A stretch of 64,000 nt of DNA from Yuukianura sp. NJ FZ-2021 (GCA_046563655.1 CM102286.1:9734001-9798000), one strand, 5' to 3'; shown: positions 35,042 to 48,160, counted from the first letter of the stretch. Notes: generated by a model not told the origin, from the letters alone. Program-made: numbers and translations.

Positions 35042-35836
35042 TCAGGCTGTATTTTGATTGGGTAGTGGAGCAGGAGGCGGAGAACGTCGAGTGAGGGTGC
35101 TGTTGCCAAATACAGCGGAAGTTTGATTCGGGTAAGTAGATGTGGCTTGTGAGTAAGATTGTTGTGAATTTTGAATCGATCCTGGATATGCATTCCGATT
35201 TTGGCGACGCGCTGCGAGTTTTTGCCTAGTTTGCAGGGGTAGATCTTGAGTGAGATTAAGGTGAGGATAAGCAGTTTTGATTATGTTACGGTTTTTCCAA
35301 ATCGTGTTCCTTGCTTCAAGTGATTTGAAAATCACTTTGACTGGCTTGCTGGAGTTTTGTGGAGTAGGACGACCCAGACGATAGTTGTCGTCGATGATCG
35401 GAAGATTTATCAGCGGCACAGCAAGTGAGAAGATTCTTTCAAGTTCATTTTTGACGGAATCAGCCGTTTCATTCTTTGTAATTTGAAGACCGTGAAGGAT
35501 TAAGTTGATTTTGTTGACGCTGATTTGGAGACGTTCAAGGTCGGAATCATGAGATTCAATTTGAGTAGACAGTGTTCTTTGAAAATCATCGGATGCATTC
35601 ATTCTTTGTTTGATAGTTGTTACTTCAGTGCTGAGTGATTGAATCTGTTATTTTCAGCATGAGCAATGAGTTATTTCAGCATGGTTGGTGTCCATCTTGT
35701 CATTCAGTGATTTGATCAAAGCAAGAACTGAAGAAATGCTAGGCTCTCCCATTTTGAGTGATTTTGTAGCCGGTGATTCTTCCTGTTGTGATTTCCTTTT
35801 CCTTCCTCGGGTCTTTGGTTCTTCAGTAGAGGTCAT
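35042..35836 (-). pseudogene. LINE ORF1 (coiled coil plus RRM/CTD, L1/CR1 ORF1 type), disrupted by a small duplication near 35648-35683
   Basis: NLILHGL...YRLGR...KPVKVIF...QDLPLQTR motif. Two ORF pieces separated by a duplicated CATGCTGAAA(A)TAAC. Confidence 0.8.
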
Positions 35837-36354
35837 GGGAGGTCATTGATTGATGTAGTCTAGATAAATAAGACACAGGGTGCCAGTATCTTTGATTTAA
35901 GGATGACAACAAACGGTACAGTACCGACGAGTCCTCATTTACTGTATTAGATAGGAACTTACTTCAGTTGTCGAAATCAGCTGTCCAGTTCATTTAGTAA
36001 TCAGTGAACGATGGAGTTGATCTGAATCCGGTATGAAGAGGTCAGTATGACTGTAAGTGTGAGGAAAGTTAAGTAAAAAGAACGAAGGAATTTTTTCTTC
36101 ACACAATTGAGAATAGCGTTGTTTTAAGGCCATGTTTGCTGTTTAACGAAGCGGTCTAATTAGCCACTGAAAATTGACGTTTTTCTAAAAATCAATTAAA
36201 AATCGTAGGAACAGCATGGAAGGTGAAGATATCAAAATTTGCGGAAGGAAATTGGCGGGGATTTCCCTTAATATTTCAAATATCTTAACTCGTTCTTAAC
36301 CAGTTTAAAAGTTTATGTCCGATAGAAGCAAAGTATAGTCGCGAATAATCATCA

Positions 36355-36440
36355 TTTTTAATCTTCTGGAGACGCATGTCTACGGCATGATGAAGAAGAC
36401 TATTGATACGACCTTGTCTGTCTGTCTGTCTGTCCGTCGG
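36355..36440 (+). mobile_element. 5' end of a Helentron/HINE (DINE-1-like) element
   Basis: T-run, then subterminal TCTTCTGGAG (36362-36371), a partial inverted copy GAAGAAGACTA and a (GTCT)n-GTCC microsatellite, followed by tandem repeats. The subTIR is complementary to CTCCAGAAGA at 62906-62915. Confidence 0.6.
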
Positions 36441-36514
36441 TAACGTTTTTAGTACCCTTTCCCCTGAAATTCCCTTACCCTTCCCTTATATTTCCCTATA
36501 CCCTTAGCCCCATA

Positions 36515-37960
36515 TTGTAATATTCCGTTGTTATTTTGACGTTCCATATTCTGAAAATAACATCTTGCCAGTGCAAAGTTGCAACCCTTAAACATCGTGA
36601 AACTGATACTATTTGAAACGGCGTGTGATATACGCTTCGACAGCATTTGTGGGTCTGGTGTAATATTTCGTTGTTATTTTGGCTTTGAATATTCTGAAAA
36701 CAAAATCTTGCCAGTGCCAAGTTGTAAGCTTTAAATATCACGATCCTGATACGAATTTGAAACCCCGTGTGAAATTCGCTGTGACAGCACTAGTTTGTTG
36801 ATTGAAATATTCCGTTGTTATTTTGACGTACGTTCCATATTCTGAAAATAACATCTTGCCAGTGCAAAGTTGCAACCCTTAAACATCGTGAAACTGATAC
36901 TATTTGAAACGGCGTGTGATATACGCTTCGACAGCATTTGTGGGTCTGGTGTAATATTTTGTTGTTATTTTGGCTTTGAATATTCTGAAAACAAAATCTT
37001 GCCAGTGGCAGGTTGTAACCTTTAAACATCACGATAGTGATACGAATTTGAAACGGCGTGTGGTATACGCTGTGGCAGCACCAGTTTCGCGATGGTATCA
37101 TTCCGTTGTTATTTTGACGTTCCATATTCTGAAAATAACATCTTGCCAGTGCAAGGCTGCAACCCTTAATCACCGCGAAACTGATACTAATTGAAACGGC
37201 GTGTGATGTACGCTTCGACAGCATTTGTGGGTCTGGTGTAATATTTCGTTGTTATTTTGGCTTTGAATATTCTGAAAACAAAATCTTGCCAGCGCCAAGT
37301 TGTAAGCTTTAAATATCACGATCCTGATACGAATTTGAAACCCCGTGTGAAATTCGCTGTGACAGCACTAGTTTGTTGATTGAAATATTCCGTTGTTATT
37401 TTGACGTACGTTCCATATTCTGAAAATAACATCTTGCCAGTGCAAAGTTGCAACCCTTAAACATCGTGAAACTGATACTATTTGAAACGGCGTGTGATAT
37501 ACACTTCGACAGCATTTGTGGGTCTGGCGTAATATTTCGTTGTTATTTTGGCTTTGAATATTCTGAAAACAAAATCTTGCCAGTGGCAGGTTGTAACCTT
37601 TAAACATCACGATAGTGATACGAATTTGAAACGGCGTGTGGTATACGCTGTGGCAGCACCAGTTTCGCGATGGTATCATTCCGTTGTTATTTTGACGTTC
37701 CATATTCTGAAAATAACATCTTGCCAGTGCAAGGCTGCAACCCTTAATCACCGCGAAACTGATACTAATTGAAACAGCGTGTGATGTACGCTTCGACAGC
37801 ATTAGTGGGTCTGGTGTAATATTTCGTTGTTATTTTGGCTTTGAATATTCTGAAAACAAAATCTTGCCAGTGCCAAGTTGTAAGCTTTAAATATCACGAT
37901 CCTGATACGAATTTGAAACCCCGTGTGAAATACGCTGCGACAGCACTAGTTTGTTGATTG
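36515..37960. repeat. Satellite of about ten 144-bp monomers forming a 578-bp four-monomer higher-order repeat
   Basis: Recurring GTTGTTATTTTG...ATATTCTGAAAA...ATCTTGCCAGTG core; near-identical blocks 578 bp apart (36790 vs 37368). Confidence 0.92.
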
Positions 37961-39643
37961 TAAATTAGAAGTCGGAATCCGGAGCGAGTTTGTTAAAATC
38001 CGGTTTCTGGATTTCAGCGGATTTCAAAATTGAAATCCGGATTTGAATCCGGATTTCCAAAAAATTTTTTACAGCGTCCTCAATAACAAAAGGCGTGTTT
38101 TTAATAACCGCATTCCTATATTTACGAACAAACTAGTATTCAAAAGTTTGAATTCTGAAAGTAGAGAGAGGCGATTCTGCCATCGCTCTAGTATGAGACC
38201 TCACTGGACGTGGCCAAATTTGCGACATTTCCCAAAAACAGACAAGTGTTAGCAGTCAAATTTTGAAGTTACGGCCTCATGCAAACCGGGTAGAAACTTC
38301 GCTCACGGGGGGTTCTAGGGGCCGATGCAAACTTTTTAAATCAGTTAAAAATTATTTCCCGCTTGACGAACTCAGGGGTTTTAGTATTCAAAAGTTTGAA
38401 TTCTGAAAGTGGAGAGAGGCGATTCTGCCATCGCTCTAGTATGAGTCCTCCCTGGACGTGGCCAAATTTACGACATTTCCCAAAAACATACAAGAGTTAG
38501 CGGTCAAATTTTGAAGTTACGGCCTCATGCAAACCGGGTAGAAACTTCGCTCACGGGGGGTTCTAGGGGCCGATGCAAACTTTTTAAATCATTTAAAAAT
38601 TATTTCCCGCTTGACGAACTCAGGGGTTTTAGTATTCAAAAGTTTGAATTCTGAAAGTGGAGAGAGGCGATTCTGCCATCGCTCTAGTATGAGTCGTCCC
38701 TGGACGTGACCAAATTTGCGACATTCCCCTAAAACATACAAGAGTTAGCGGTCAAATTTTGAAGTTACGGCCTCATGCAAACCGGGTAGAAACTTCGCTC
38801 ACGGGGGGTTCTAGGGGCCGATGCAAACTTTTTAAATCATTTAAAAATTATTTCCCGCTTGACGAACTCAGGGGTTTTAGTATTCAAAAGTTTGAATTCT
38901 GAAAGTGGAGAGAGGCGATTCTGCCATCGCTCTAGTATGAGTCGTCCCTGGACGTGACCAAATTTGCGACATTCCCTAAAACATACAAGAGTTAGCGGTC
39001 AAATTTTGAAGTTACGGCCTCATGCAAACCGGGTAGAAACTTCGCTCACGGGGGTTCTAGGGGCCGATGCAAACTTTTTAAATCATTTAAAAATTATTTC
39101 CCGCTTGACGAACTCAGGGGTTTTAGTATTCAAAAGTTTGAATTCTGAAAGTGGAGAGAGGCGATTCTGCCATCGCTCTAGTATGAGTCCTCCCTGGACG
39201 TGGCGAAATTTACGACATTTCCCAAAAACATACAAGAGTTAGCGGTCAAATTTTGAAGTTACGGCCTCATGCAAACCGGGTAGAAACTTCGCTCACGGAG
39301 GGTTCTAGGGGCCGATGCAAACTTTTTAAATCAGTTAAAAATTATTTCCCGCTTGACGAACTCAGGGGTTTTAGTATTCAAAAGTTTGAATTCTGAAAGT
39401 GGAGAGAGGCGATTCTGCCATCGCTATAGTATGAGTCCTCCCTGGACGTGGCCAAATTTACGACATTTCCCAAAAACATACAAGAGTTAGCGGTCAAATT
39501 TTGAAGTTACGGCCTCATGCAAACCGGGTAGAAACTTCGCTCACGGGGGGTTCTAGGGGCCGATGCAAACTTTATAAATCATTTAAAAATTATTTCCCGC
39601 TTGACGAACTCAGGGGTTTTAGTATTCAAAAGTTTGAATTCTG

Positions 39644-41005
39644 GGAGTTCGATTCGAGACGTGAAACTGCTAAGACGTGTGTCACTAAGCTCTCTTTCTT
39701 TTGTCACAAGAAGTTATACCCTTACTAGGATTTAGACTCTTGTTTTTCCATTCGATCCCTAACTTATACAGTCCAGTCTCGCACAATGGAAATTGCGAAT
39801 TTTTGCTTTAGTTCACTAACGTCCTTACTCCAAAGCAACCAGTTTTCAAATTCGGAGCTATTGCACCTGAACCGGTTAAAAGACAAATTTGCGCAACGGC
39901 TCTCGGAAATTGTGACATTACAAAAACCCTGCGACAATCCCACTGTGATCATCCACGGATTACAAATTGAGCGAGTTTCTGTTTCAACCATTTCGGAATG
40001 GATTTTTGGACACTTAAAACTCCAAATTCAAATTCACTCCGTCCGTGTCTTCGGGAAAAAGAGAACAATTTCCGTGTCACTAATGTCAAATGCAGAAAAA
40101 GCAAAGTTATTCAGTCGATGTCATTTGCTTAAGGGATCAGCAATCGGAATCAGCGATGACTTACCACCTCATCAGAGAACGAAAAGTAAGTCCCAGAATG
40201 ACCACTCAGATGCCAAGCACGTGGAGAAAGTAGCAGTTTCATCTACAAATTCTATGTCCACAAGAAGTACTCCACCCGAGGTATTGTTTCACCCAACGGG
40301 AGAGGGAGAGCTCACCTCTCTCGTGGACAAACCGCAGCAGGTTATCCAGTCACAAATCCTCAATGAAAACCTTGACCCCAACCCAGGCGCTCCTTCAAAG
40401 TCTCCAACATCCGAAATTTTACATCAAGACGCCATTCAGCAAAACTCCACATCTCCACAAGAAGCAAGAAAGTCATCGAAGAGGTTTGTCGCTTCCCATG
40501 CAGATTCTCATCTTCCAAACTCTGCTCCCACGAAACATAACACCCTCACCACCAAACATCAGCAAATTCCAGTCACAAACTCAAGTCACAAGCAGCCCGA
40601 CCATCATGCACACAATGGAGGTCATACAGAACTCAACAAATTACATTCCTTCAAAGTAGCAGCAATTCAGGGCCGAGACGCCTTCAAAAAAGCAGTTGCT
40701 GAACATTATGGAGAAGTTAGTCATGAATCATTGGATCATCTCAACAAATCCCTTCTACAAGCGAAACTTGACGAAATGAAAGCAAAATTCAAAGAACGAA
40801 GAAGACGGAAATAAGTTCTATTAAATTTAAATACTTTCAACTTAACTCCTGTAATCAATCATTCCCCCAAATATGTTATCAGTTTGTACAGCCCCACACG
40901 TTAAACATTTGTTATTAGCTACATTTCAAACGAATCGAACTCCCTCTCCATGGGCTTCGGGCCCGCAGGGAGAGTAACATATAAATAAAAAAATAAAAAA
41001 AATAA
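39644..41005 (+). mobile_element. ORF1-only non-autonomous non-LTR retroposon (HAL1-like), copy 1
   Basis: 15-16-bp TSD AAAAGTTTGAATTCT(G), (TAAAAAA)n tail, 3' stem-loop, single ORF. Confidence 0.8.
39786..40814 (+). CDS. LINE ORF1-like protein (342 aa), copy 1
   Basis: VIIHGLQI...RVFGKKRTISVSL...LKGSAIGISDDLPPHQR aligns by eye with the LINE ORF1 in this window (LILHGLQI...RLGR...KPVKVIF...QDLPLQTR). Confidence 0.75.
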   Translation: MEIANFCFSSLTSLLQSNQFSNSELLHLNRLKDKFAQRLSEIVTLQKPCDNPTVIIHGLQIERVSVSTISEWIFGHLKLQIQIHSVRVFGKKRTISVSLMSNAEKAKLFSRCHLLKGSAIGISDDLPPHQRTKSKSQNDHSDAKHVEKVAVSSTNSMSTRSTPPEVLFHPTGEGELTSLVDKPQQVIQSQILNENLDPNPGAPSKSPTSEILHQDAIQQNSTSPQEARKSSKRFVASHADSHLPNSAPTKHNTLTTKHQQIPVTNSSHKQPDHHAHNGGHTELNKLHSFKVAAIQGRDAFKKAVAEHYGEVSHESLDHLNKSLLQAKLDEMKAKFKERRRRK

Positions 41006-44000
41006 AAAAGTTTGAATTCTGAAAGTGGAGAGAGGCGATTCTGCCATCGCTCTAGTATGAGTCGTCCCTGGACGTGGCCAAATTTGCGACATTTCCCAAA
41101 AACATACAAGTGTTAGCAGTCAAATTTTGAAGTTACGGCCTCATGCAAACCGGGTAGAAACTTCGCTCACGGGGGGTTCTAGGGGCCGATGCAAACTTTT
41201 TAAATCATTTAAAAATTATTTCCCGCTTGACGAACTCAGGGGTTTTAGTATTCAAAAGTTTGAATTCTGAAAGTGGAGAGAGGCGATTCTGCCATCGCTC
41301 TAGTATGAGTCCTCCTGGACGTGGCCAAATTTACGACATTTATCAAAAACATACAAGAGTTAGCGGTCAAATTTTGAAGTTACGGCCTCATGCAAACTGG
41401 GTAGAAACTTCGCTCACGGGGGTTCTAGGGGCCGATGCAAACTTTTTAAATCATTTAAAAATTATTTCCCGCTTGTCGAACTCAGGGGTTTTAGTATTCA
41501 AAAGTTTGAATTCTGAAAGTGGAGAGAGGCGATTCTGCCATCGCTCTAGTATGAGTCCTCCCTGGACGTGGCCAAATTTACGACATTTCCCAAAAACATA
41601 CAAGAGTTAGCGGTCAAATTTTGAAGTTACGGCCTCATGCAAACCGGGTAGAAACTTCGCTCACGGGGGGTTCTAGGGGCCGATGCAAACTTTTTAAATC
41701 ATTTAAAAATTATTTCCCGCTTGACGAACTCAGGGGTTTTAGTATTCAAAAGTTTGAATTCTGAAAGTGGAGAGAGGCGATTCTGCCATCGCTCTAGTAT
41801 GAGTCGTCCCTGGACGTGACCAAATTTGCGACATTCCCCTAAAACATACAAGAGTTAGCGGTCAAATTTTGAAGTTACGGCCTCATGCAAACCGGGTAGA
41901 AACTTCGCTCACGGGGGTTCTAGGGGCCGATGCAAACTTTTTAAATCATTTAAAAATTATTTCCCGCTTGACGAACTCAGGGGTTTTAGTATTCAAAAGT
42001 TTGAATTCTGAAAGTGGAGAGAGGCGATTCTGCCATCGCTCTAGTATGAGTCGTCCCTGGACGTGACCAAATTTGCGACATTCCCCTAAAACATACAAGA
42101 GTTAGCGGTCAAATTTTGAAGTTACGGCCTCATGCAAACCGGGTAGAAACTTCGCTCACGGGGGTTCTAGGGGCCGATGCAAACTTTTTAAATCATTTAA
42201 AAATTATTTCCCGCTTGACGAACTCAGGGGTTTTAGTATTCAAAAGTTTGAATTCTGAAAGTGGAGAGAGGCGATTCTGCCATCGCTCTAGTATGAGTCG
42301 TCCCTGGACGTGACCAAATTTGCGACATTTCCCCTAAAACATACAAGAGTTAGCGGTCAAATTTTGAAGTTACGGCCTCATGCAAACCGGGTAGAAACTT
42401 CGCTCACGGGGGTTCTAGGGGCCGATGCAAACTTTTTAAATCATTTAAAAATTATTTCCCGCTTGACGAACTCAGGGGTTTTAGTATTCAAAAGTTTGAA
42501 TTCTGAAAGTGGAGAGAGGCGATTCTGCCATCGCTCTAGTATGAGTCGTCCCTGGACGTGACCAAATTTGCGACATTCCCCTAAAACATACAAGAGTTAG
42601 CGGTCAAATTTTGAAGTTACGGCCTCATGCAAACCGGGTAGAAACTTCGCTCACGGGGGTTCTAGGGGCCGATGCAAACTTTTTAAATCATTTAAAAATT
42701 ATTTCCCGCTTGACGAACTCAGGGGTTTTAGTATTCAAAAGTTTGAATTCTGAAAGTGGAGAGAGGCGATTCTGCCATCGCTCTAGTATGAGTCGTCCCT
42801 GGACGTGACCAAATTTGCGACATTCCCCTAAAACATACAAGAGTTAGCGGTCAAATTTTGAAGTTACGGCCTCATGCAAACCGGGTAGAAACTTCGCTCA
42901 CGGGGGTTCTAGGGGCCGATGCAAACTTTTTAAATCATTTAAAAATTATTTCCCGCTTGACGAACTCAGGGGTTTTAGTATTCAAAAGTTTGAATTCTGA
43001 AAGTGGAGAGAGGCGATTCTGCCATCGCTCTAGTATGAGTCCTCCCTGGACGTGGCGAAATTTACGACATTTCCCAAAAACATACAAGAGTTAGCGGTCA
43101 AATTTTGAAGTTACGGCCTCATGCAAACCGGGTAGAAACTTCGCTCACGGAGGGTTCTAGGGGCCGATGCAAACTTTTTAAATCAGTTAAAAATTATTTC
43201 CCGCTTGACGAACTCAGGGGTTTTAGTATTCAAAAGTTTGAATTCTGAAAGTGGAGAGAGGCGATTCTGCCATCGCTATAGTATGAGTCCTCCCTGGACG
43301 TGGCCAAATTTACGACATTTCCCAAAAACATACAAGAGTTAGCGGTCAAATTTTGAAGTTACGGCCTCATGCAAACCGGGTAGAAACTTCGCTCACGGGG
43401 GGTTCTAGGGGCCGATGCAAACTTTTTAAATCAGTTAAAAATTATTTCCCGCTTGACGAACTCAGGGGTTTTAGTATTCAAAAGTTTGAATTCTGAAAGT
43501 GGAGAGAGGCGATTCTGCCATCGCTCTAGTATGAGTCCTCCCTGGACGTGGCCAAATTTACGACATTTCCCAAAAACATACAAGAGTTAGCGGTCAAATT
43601 TTGAAGTTACGGCCTCATGCAAACCGGGTAGAAACTTCGCTCACGGGGGGTTCTAGGGGCCGATGCAAACTTTTTAAATCATTTAAAAATTATTTCCCGC
43701 TTGACGAACTCAGGGGTTTTAGTATTCAAAAGTTTGAATTCTGAAAGTGGAGAGAGGCGATTCTGCCATCGCTCTAGTATGAGTCGTCCCTGGACGTGAC
43801 CAAATTTGCGACATTCCCCTAAAACATACAAGAGTTAGCGGTCAAATTTTGAAGTTACGGCCTCATGCAAACCGGGTAGAAACTTCGCTCACGGGGGGTT
43901 CTAGGGGCCGATGCAAACTTTTTAAATCATTTAAAAATTATTTCCCGCTTGACGAACTCAGGGGTTTTAGTATTCAAAAGTTTGAATTCTGAAAGTGGAG

Positions 44001-46448
44001 AGAGGCGATTCTGCCATCGCTCTAGTATGAGTCGTCCCTGGACGTGACCAAATTTGCGACATTCCCCTAAAACATACAAGAGTTAGCGGTCAAATTTTGA
44101 AGTTACGGCCTCATGCAAACCGGGTAGAAACTTCGCTCACGGGGGGTTCTAGGGGCCGATGCAAACTTTTTAAATCATTTAAAAATTATTTCCCGCTTGA
44201 CGAACTCAGGGGTTTTAGTATTCAAAAGTTTGAATTCTGAAAGTGGAGAGAGGCGATTCTGCCATCGCTCTAGTATGAGTCCTCCCTGGACGTGGCGAAA
44301 TTTACGACATTTCCCAAAAACATACAAGAGTTAGCGGTCAAATTTTGAAGTTACGGCCTCATGCAAACCGGGTAGAAACTTCGCTCACGGAGGGTTCTAG
44401 GGGCCGATGCAAACTTTTTAAATCATTTAAAAATTATTTCCCGCTTGACGAACTCAGGGGTTTTAGTATTCAAAAGTTTGAATTCTGAAAGTGGAGAGAG
44501 GCGATTCTGCCATCGCTCTAGTATGAGTCCTCCCTGGACGTGGCCAAATTTAAGACATTTCCCAAAAACATACAAGAGTTAGCGGTCAAATTTTGAAGTT
44601 ACGGCCTCATGCAAACCGGGTAGAAACTTCGCTCACGGGGGGTTCTAGGGGCCGATGCAAACTTTTTAAATCAGTTAAAAATTATTTCCCGCTTGACGAA
44701 CTCAGGGGTTTTAGTATTCAAAAGTTTGAATTCTGAAAGTGGAGAGAGGCGATTCTGCCATCGCTCTAGTATGAGTCCTCCCTGGACGTGGCCAAATTTA
44801 CGACATTTCCCAAAAACATACAAGAGTTAGCGGTCAAATTTTGAAGTTACGGCCTCATGCAAACCGGGTAGAAACTTCGCTCACGGGGGGTTCTAGGGGC
44901 CGATGCAAACTTTTTAAATCATTTAAAAATTATTTCCCGCTTGACGAACTCAGGGGTTTTAGTATTCAAAAGTTTGAATTCTGAAAGTGGAGAGAGGCGA
45001 TTCTGCCATCGCTCTAGTATGAGTCCTCCCTGGACGTGGCCAAATTTACGACATTTCCCAAAAACATACAAGAGTTAGCGGTCAAATTTTGAAGTTACGG
45101 CCTCATGCAAACCGGGTAGAAACTTCGCTCACGGGGGGTTCTAGGGGCCGATGCAAACTTTTTAAATCATTTAAAAATTATTTCCCGCTTGACGAACTCA
45201 GGGGTTTTAGTATTCAAAAGTTTGAATTCTGAAAGTGGAGAGAGGCGATTCTGCCATCGCTCTAGTATGAGTCGTCCCTGGACGTGACCAAATTTGCGAC
45301 ATTCCCCTAAAACATACAAGAGTTAGCGGTCAAATTTTGAAGTTACGGCCTCATGCAAACCGGGTAGAAACTTCGCTCACGGGGGGTTCTAGGGGCCGAT
45401 GCAAACTTTTTAAATCATTTAAAAATTATTTCCCGCTTGACGAACTCAGGGGTTTTAGTATTCAAAAGTTTGAATTCTGAAAGTGGAGAGAGGCGATTCT
45501 GCCATCGCTCTAGTATGAGTCGTCCCTGGACGTGACCAAATTTGCGACATTCCCCTAAAACATACAAGAGTTAGCGGTCAAATTTTGAAGTTACGGCCTC
45601 ATGCAAACCGGGTAGAAACTTCGCTCACGGGGGGTTCTAGGGGCCGATGCAAACTTTTTAAATCATTTAAAAATTATTTCCCGCTTGACGAACTCAGGGG
45701 TTTTAGTATTCAAAAGTTTGAATTCTGAAAGTGGAGAGAGGCGATTCTGCCATCGCTCTAGTATGAGTCCTCCCTGGACGTGGCGAAATTTACGACATTT
45801 CCCAAAAACATACAAGAGTTAGCGGTCAAATTTTGAAGTTACGGCCTCATGCAAACCGGGTAGAAACTTCGCTCACGGAGGGTTCTAGGGGCCGATGCAA
45901 ACTTTTTAAATCAGTTAAAAATTATTTCCCGCTTGACGAACTCAGGGGTTTTAGTATTCAAAAGTTTGAATTCTGAAAGTGGAGAGAGGCGATTCTGCCA
46001 TCGCTATAGTATGAGTCCTCCCTGGACGTGGCCAAATTTACGACATTTCCCAAAAACATACAAGAGTTAGCGGTCAAATTTTGAAGTTACGGCCTCATGC
46101 AAACCGGGTAGAAACTTCGCTCACGGGGGGTTCTAGGGGCCGATGCAAACTTTTTAAATCATTTAAAAATTATTTCCCGCTTGTCGAACTCAGGGGTTTT
46201 AGTATTCAAAAGTTTGAATTCTGAAAGTGGAGAGAGGCGATTCTGCCATCGCTCTAGTATGAGTCCTCCCTGGACGTGGCCAAATTTACGACATTTCCCA
46301 AAAACATACAAGAGTTAGCGGTCAAATTTTGAAGTTACGGCCTCATGCAAACCGGGTAGAAACTTCGCTCACGGGGGGTTCTAGGGGCCGATGCAAACTT
46401 TTTAAATCATTTAAAAATTATTTCCCGCTTGACGAACTCAGGGGTTTT

Positions 46449-48160
46449 CCCATCTTACCATTCGTACATATTTTGTGAATATCTAGAATATTTCGTAAAT
46501 AAACTGTGAGGAATATAGCGTGATTCCTTTTGCATTGCCATTTATGCGCTTAAATGGTTCTGATTTTTTGTATGCTGATACCTAAGATATTTAAAAAGTA
46601 GGCAAAATGCGTTTAAACTGTCGTAACTGAAACCTTCGGAAATAATGCGTACATATTCAGCGCTTCTTCTGCACTCATGCATATTGGTGTAAGATTTATG
46701 TGCGGTTTATGTGAGTGATTCTCATTTCTCTTTCTGAGAGCAGTTAGTGGTGAATTATAGGTGCTGAAAAAGTATATAGCAGAAGTTCGTTGTCCGTTAA
46801 GTTTTAATGAAAGTACGGTTTAGTTTTGTCTTCAACTCGTCCGTGATGGGGACCAACTACAACAACTTTTCAGTTGTCTTTTTCAAAGCGGAAAACAGGT
46901 TTTCAGTTGTTCCTTCATCATGGTTAGCGTTTGACGACGACCAAATACGGTGTCACTGGCTATCAAAGCTAACGAAAAACTTAAGGGAACTGGCCACATC
47001 GGCTGAGTCAAAGCCAGAGGACTGGAAAAAGTACGACATTGAATACATCAAATCATTCGGTAAGCGAATTAGTAGTTTAGTGCTTATTAAAATACCAATT
47101 ATGCTAGTAAACAACCTTCCTATAATTTCTAATAAACTTTTGTTAATTTTTTTTCAGTTTCACTTGAAAAAGCGGGGAAAAAATCCAACTCTCTGCGAAC
47201 TTCAAAAGTGCTAGAGATTCCAGATACTTCAGAAAGCGAGGGACAATCCCAAATCCGATTACCAGCACCGACAGTACCACTGCATTACAATTTTGTTGAA
47301 CAACCGCCACATGGAGCTGAAACTGGCCTTCATACCTTTGAGCATAACTTGACGGAGTCAGAAGGTGATTGCCATAAAGCTGTTTTGGCTTATGATAGGA
47401 CAAAATTGTAATTGTGTTGTTGTTTATTTTAGAAGTAGCTCCAGCAGCAGTTAATGAAGCTGCTCCACCAGCAGTTAATGAAGCAGTTCCACTGAGTCTT
47501 ACATTGGTCAATACTGTATCGATTGCTGAACTGCAGCACACGATTCAGCAACTGCAATACAGCATCGAGCAACAGCAATACGAGTTTTGAGGTAAATATT
47601 TATGTCACTACGCTGATCATATTACTGAATTTCGTATTCCTACTTATGACTCTTCTTGTTTACTTTTAGAATTCCAACAAGTTGTCCTTGAGAATCAAGC
47701 TACTTTGAAGCAGGAATTTGCCGACTTACTCAAACTGGTTAGACAAGCATTGTCTAGTAAGGACTATTTAAGGACAAAGTGTATTTGTTTACCCTTTAAG
47801 AAAAAGATGTTTTGTATTCCACTGTGCAATTATTAGCATTTTGTTGATACTATATATTTAATAGCATTGATTAATAAAAATTAACTTGATCAGATACTGA
47901 GTATATGCTATCATTTTAGTGGATATTTCGCGTACAAAAAGTAAATGAATTGTATATACAAGAGCAGCGCTGTTTATATGCAGAAATTTTATGTACCGAT
48001 TCGGTAAGGCATTCTTATGCACGCTCCTTTCTCAGTGCATTTTGTGTACATAAGTTTACGCACCGAAAATGTATATGAAATTTGGGCAAATCCTCACTCG
48101 AGCATAACGCACTTATATTCACTAAGTAAGTACATATTCCGTACGACTTGGTAACATGGG
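46449..48160 (+). mobile_element. Non-autonomous CMC/EnSpm-type DNA transposon (1712 bp)
   Basis: Imperfect TIRs CCCATCTTACCATTCGTAC / GTACGACTTGGTAACATGGG; 2-bp TSD TT in the satellite unit; no transposase. Confidence 0.8.
46807..47860 (+). pseudogene. Intron-containing accessory gene remnant of the EnSpm-like element
   Basis: FSVVFF...FSVVPSSW...CHW...W motif of the kind seen in animal EnSpm accessory ORFs. GT/AG sites near 47060/47157, 47365/47432 and 47592/47669; in-frame TGA near 47588. Confidence 0.5.

Larger units (their letters stand above)
24019..36150 (-). mobile_element. CR1-group LINE (CR1/L2/Crack-like), near full length, decayed, interrupted by the 27066-35013 insertion; 5' end approximate
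   Basis: ORF1 and APE-RT ORF2 on the - strand. 3' end has AATAAA plus an (ATCA)n tail at 24019-24045, preceded by a CCTGC-aac-GCAGG hairpin. Confidence 0.88.

Noticed and set aside
36449..37802. Duplicated 144-aa and 74-aa ORFs
   Set aside because: Products of the 578-bp higher-order repeat.
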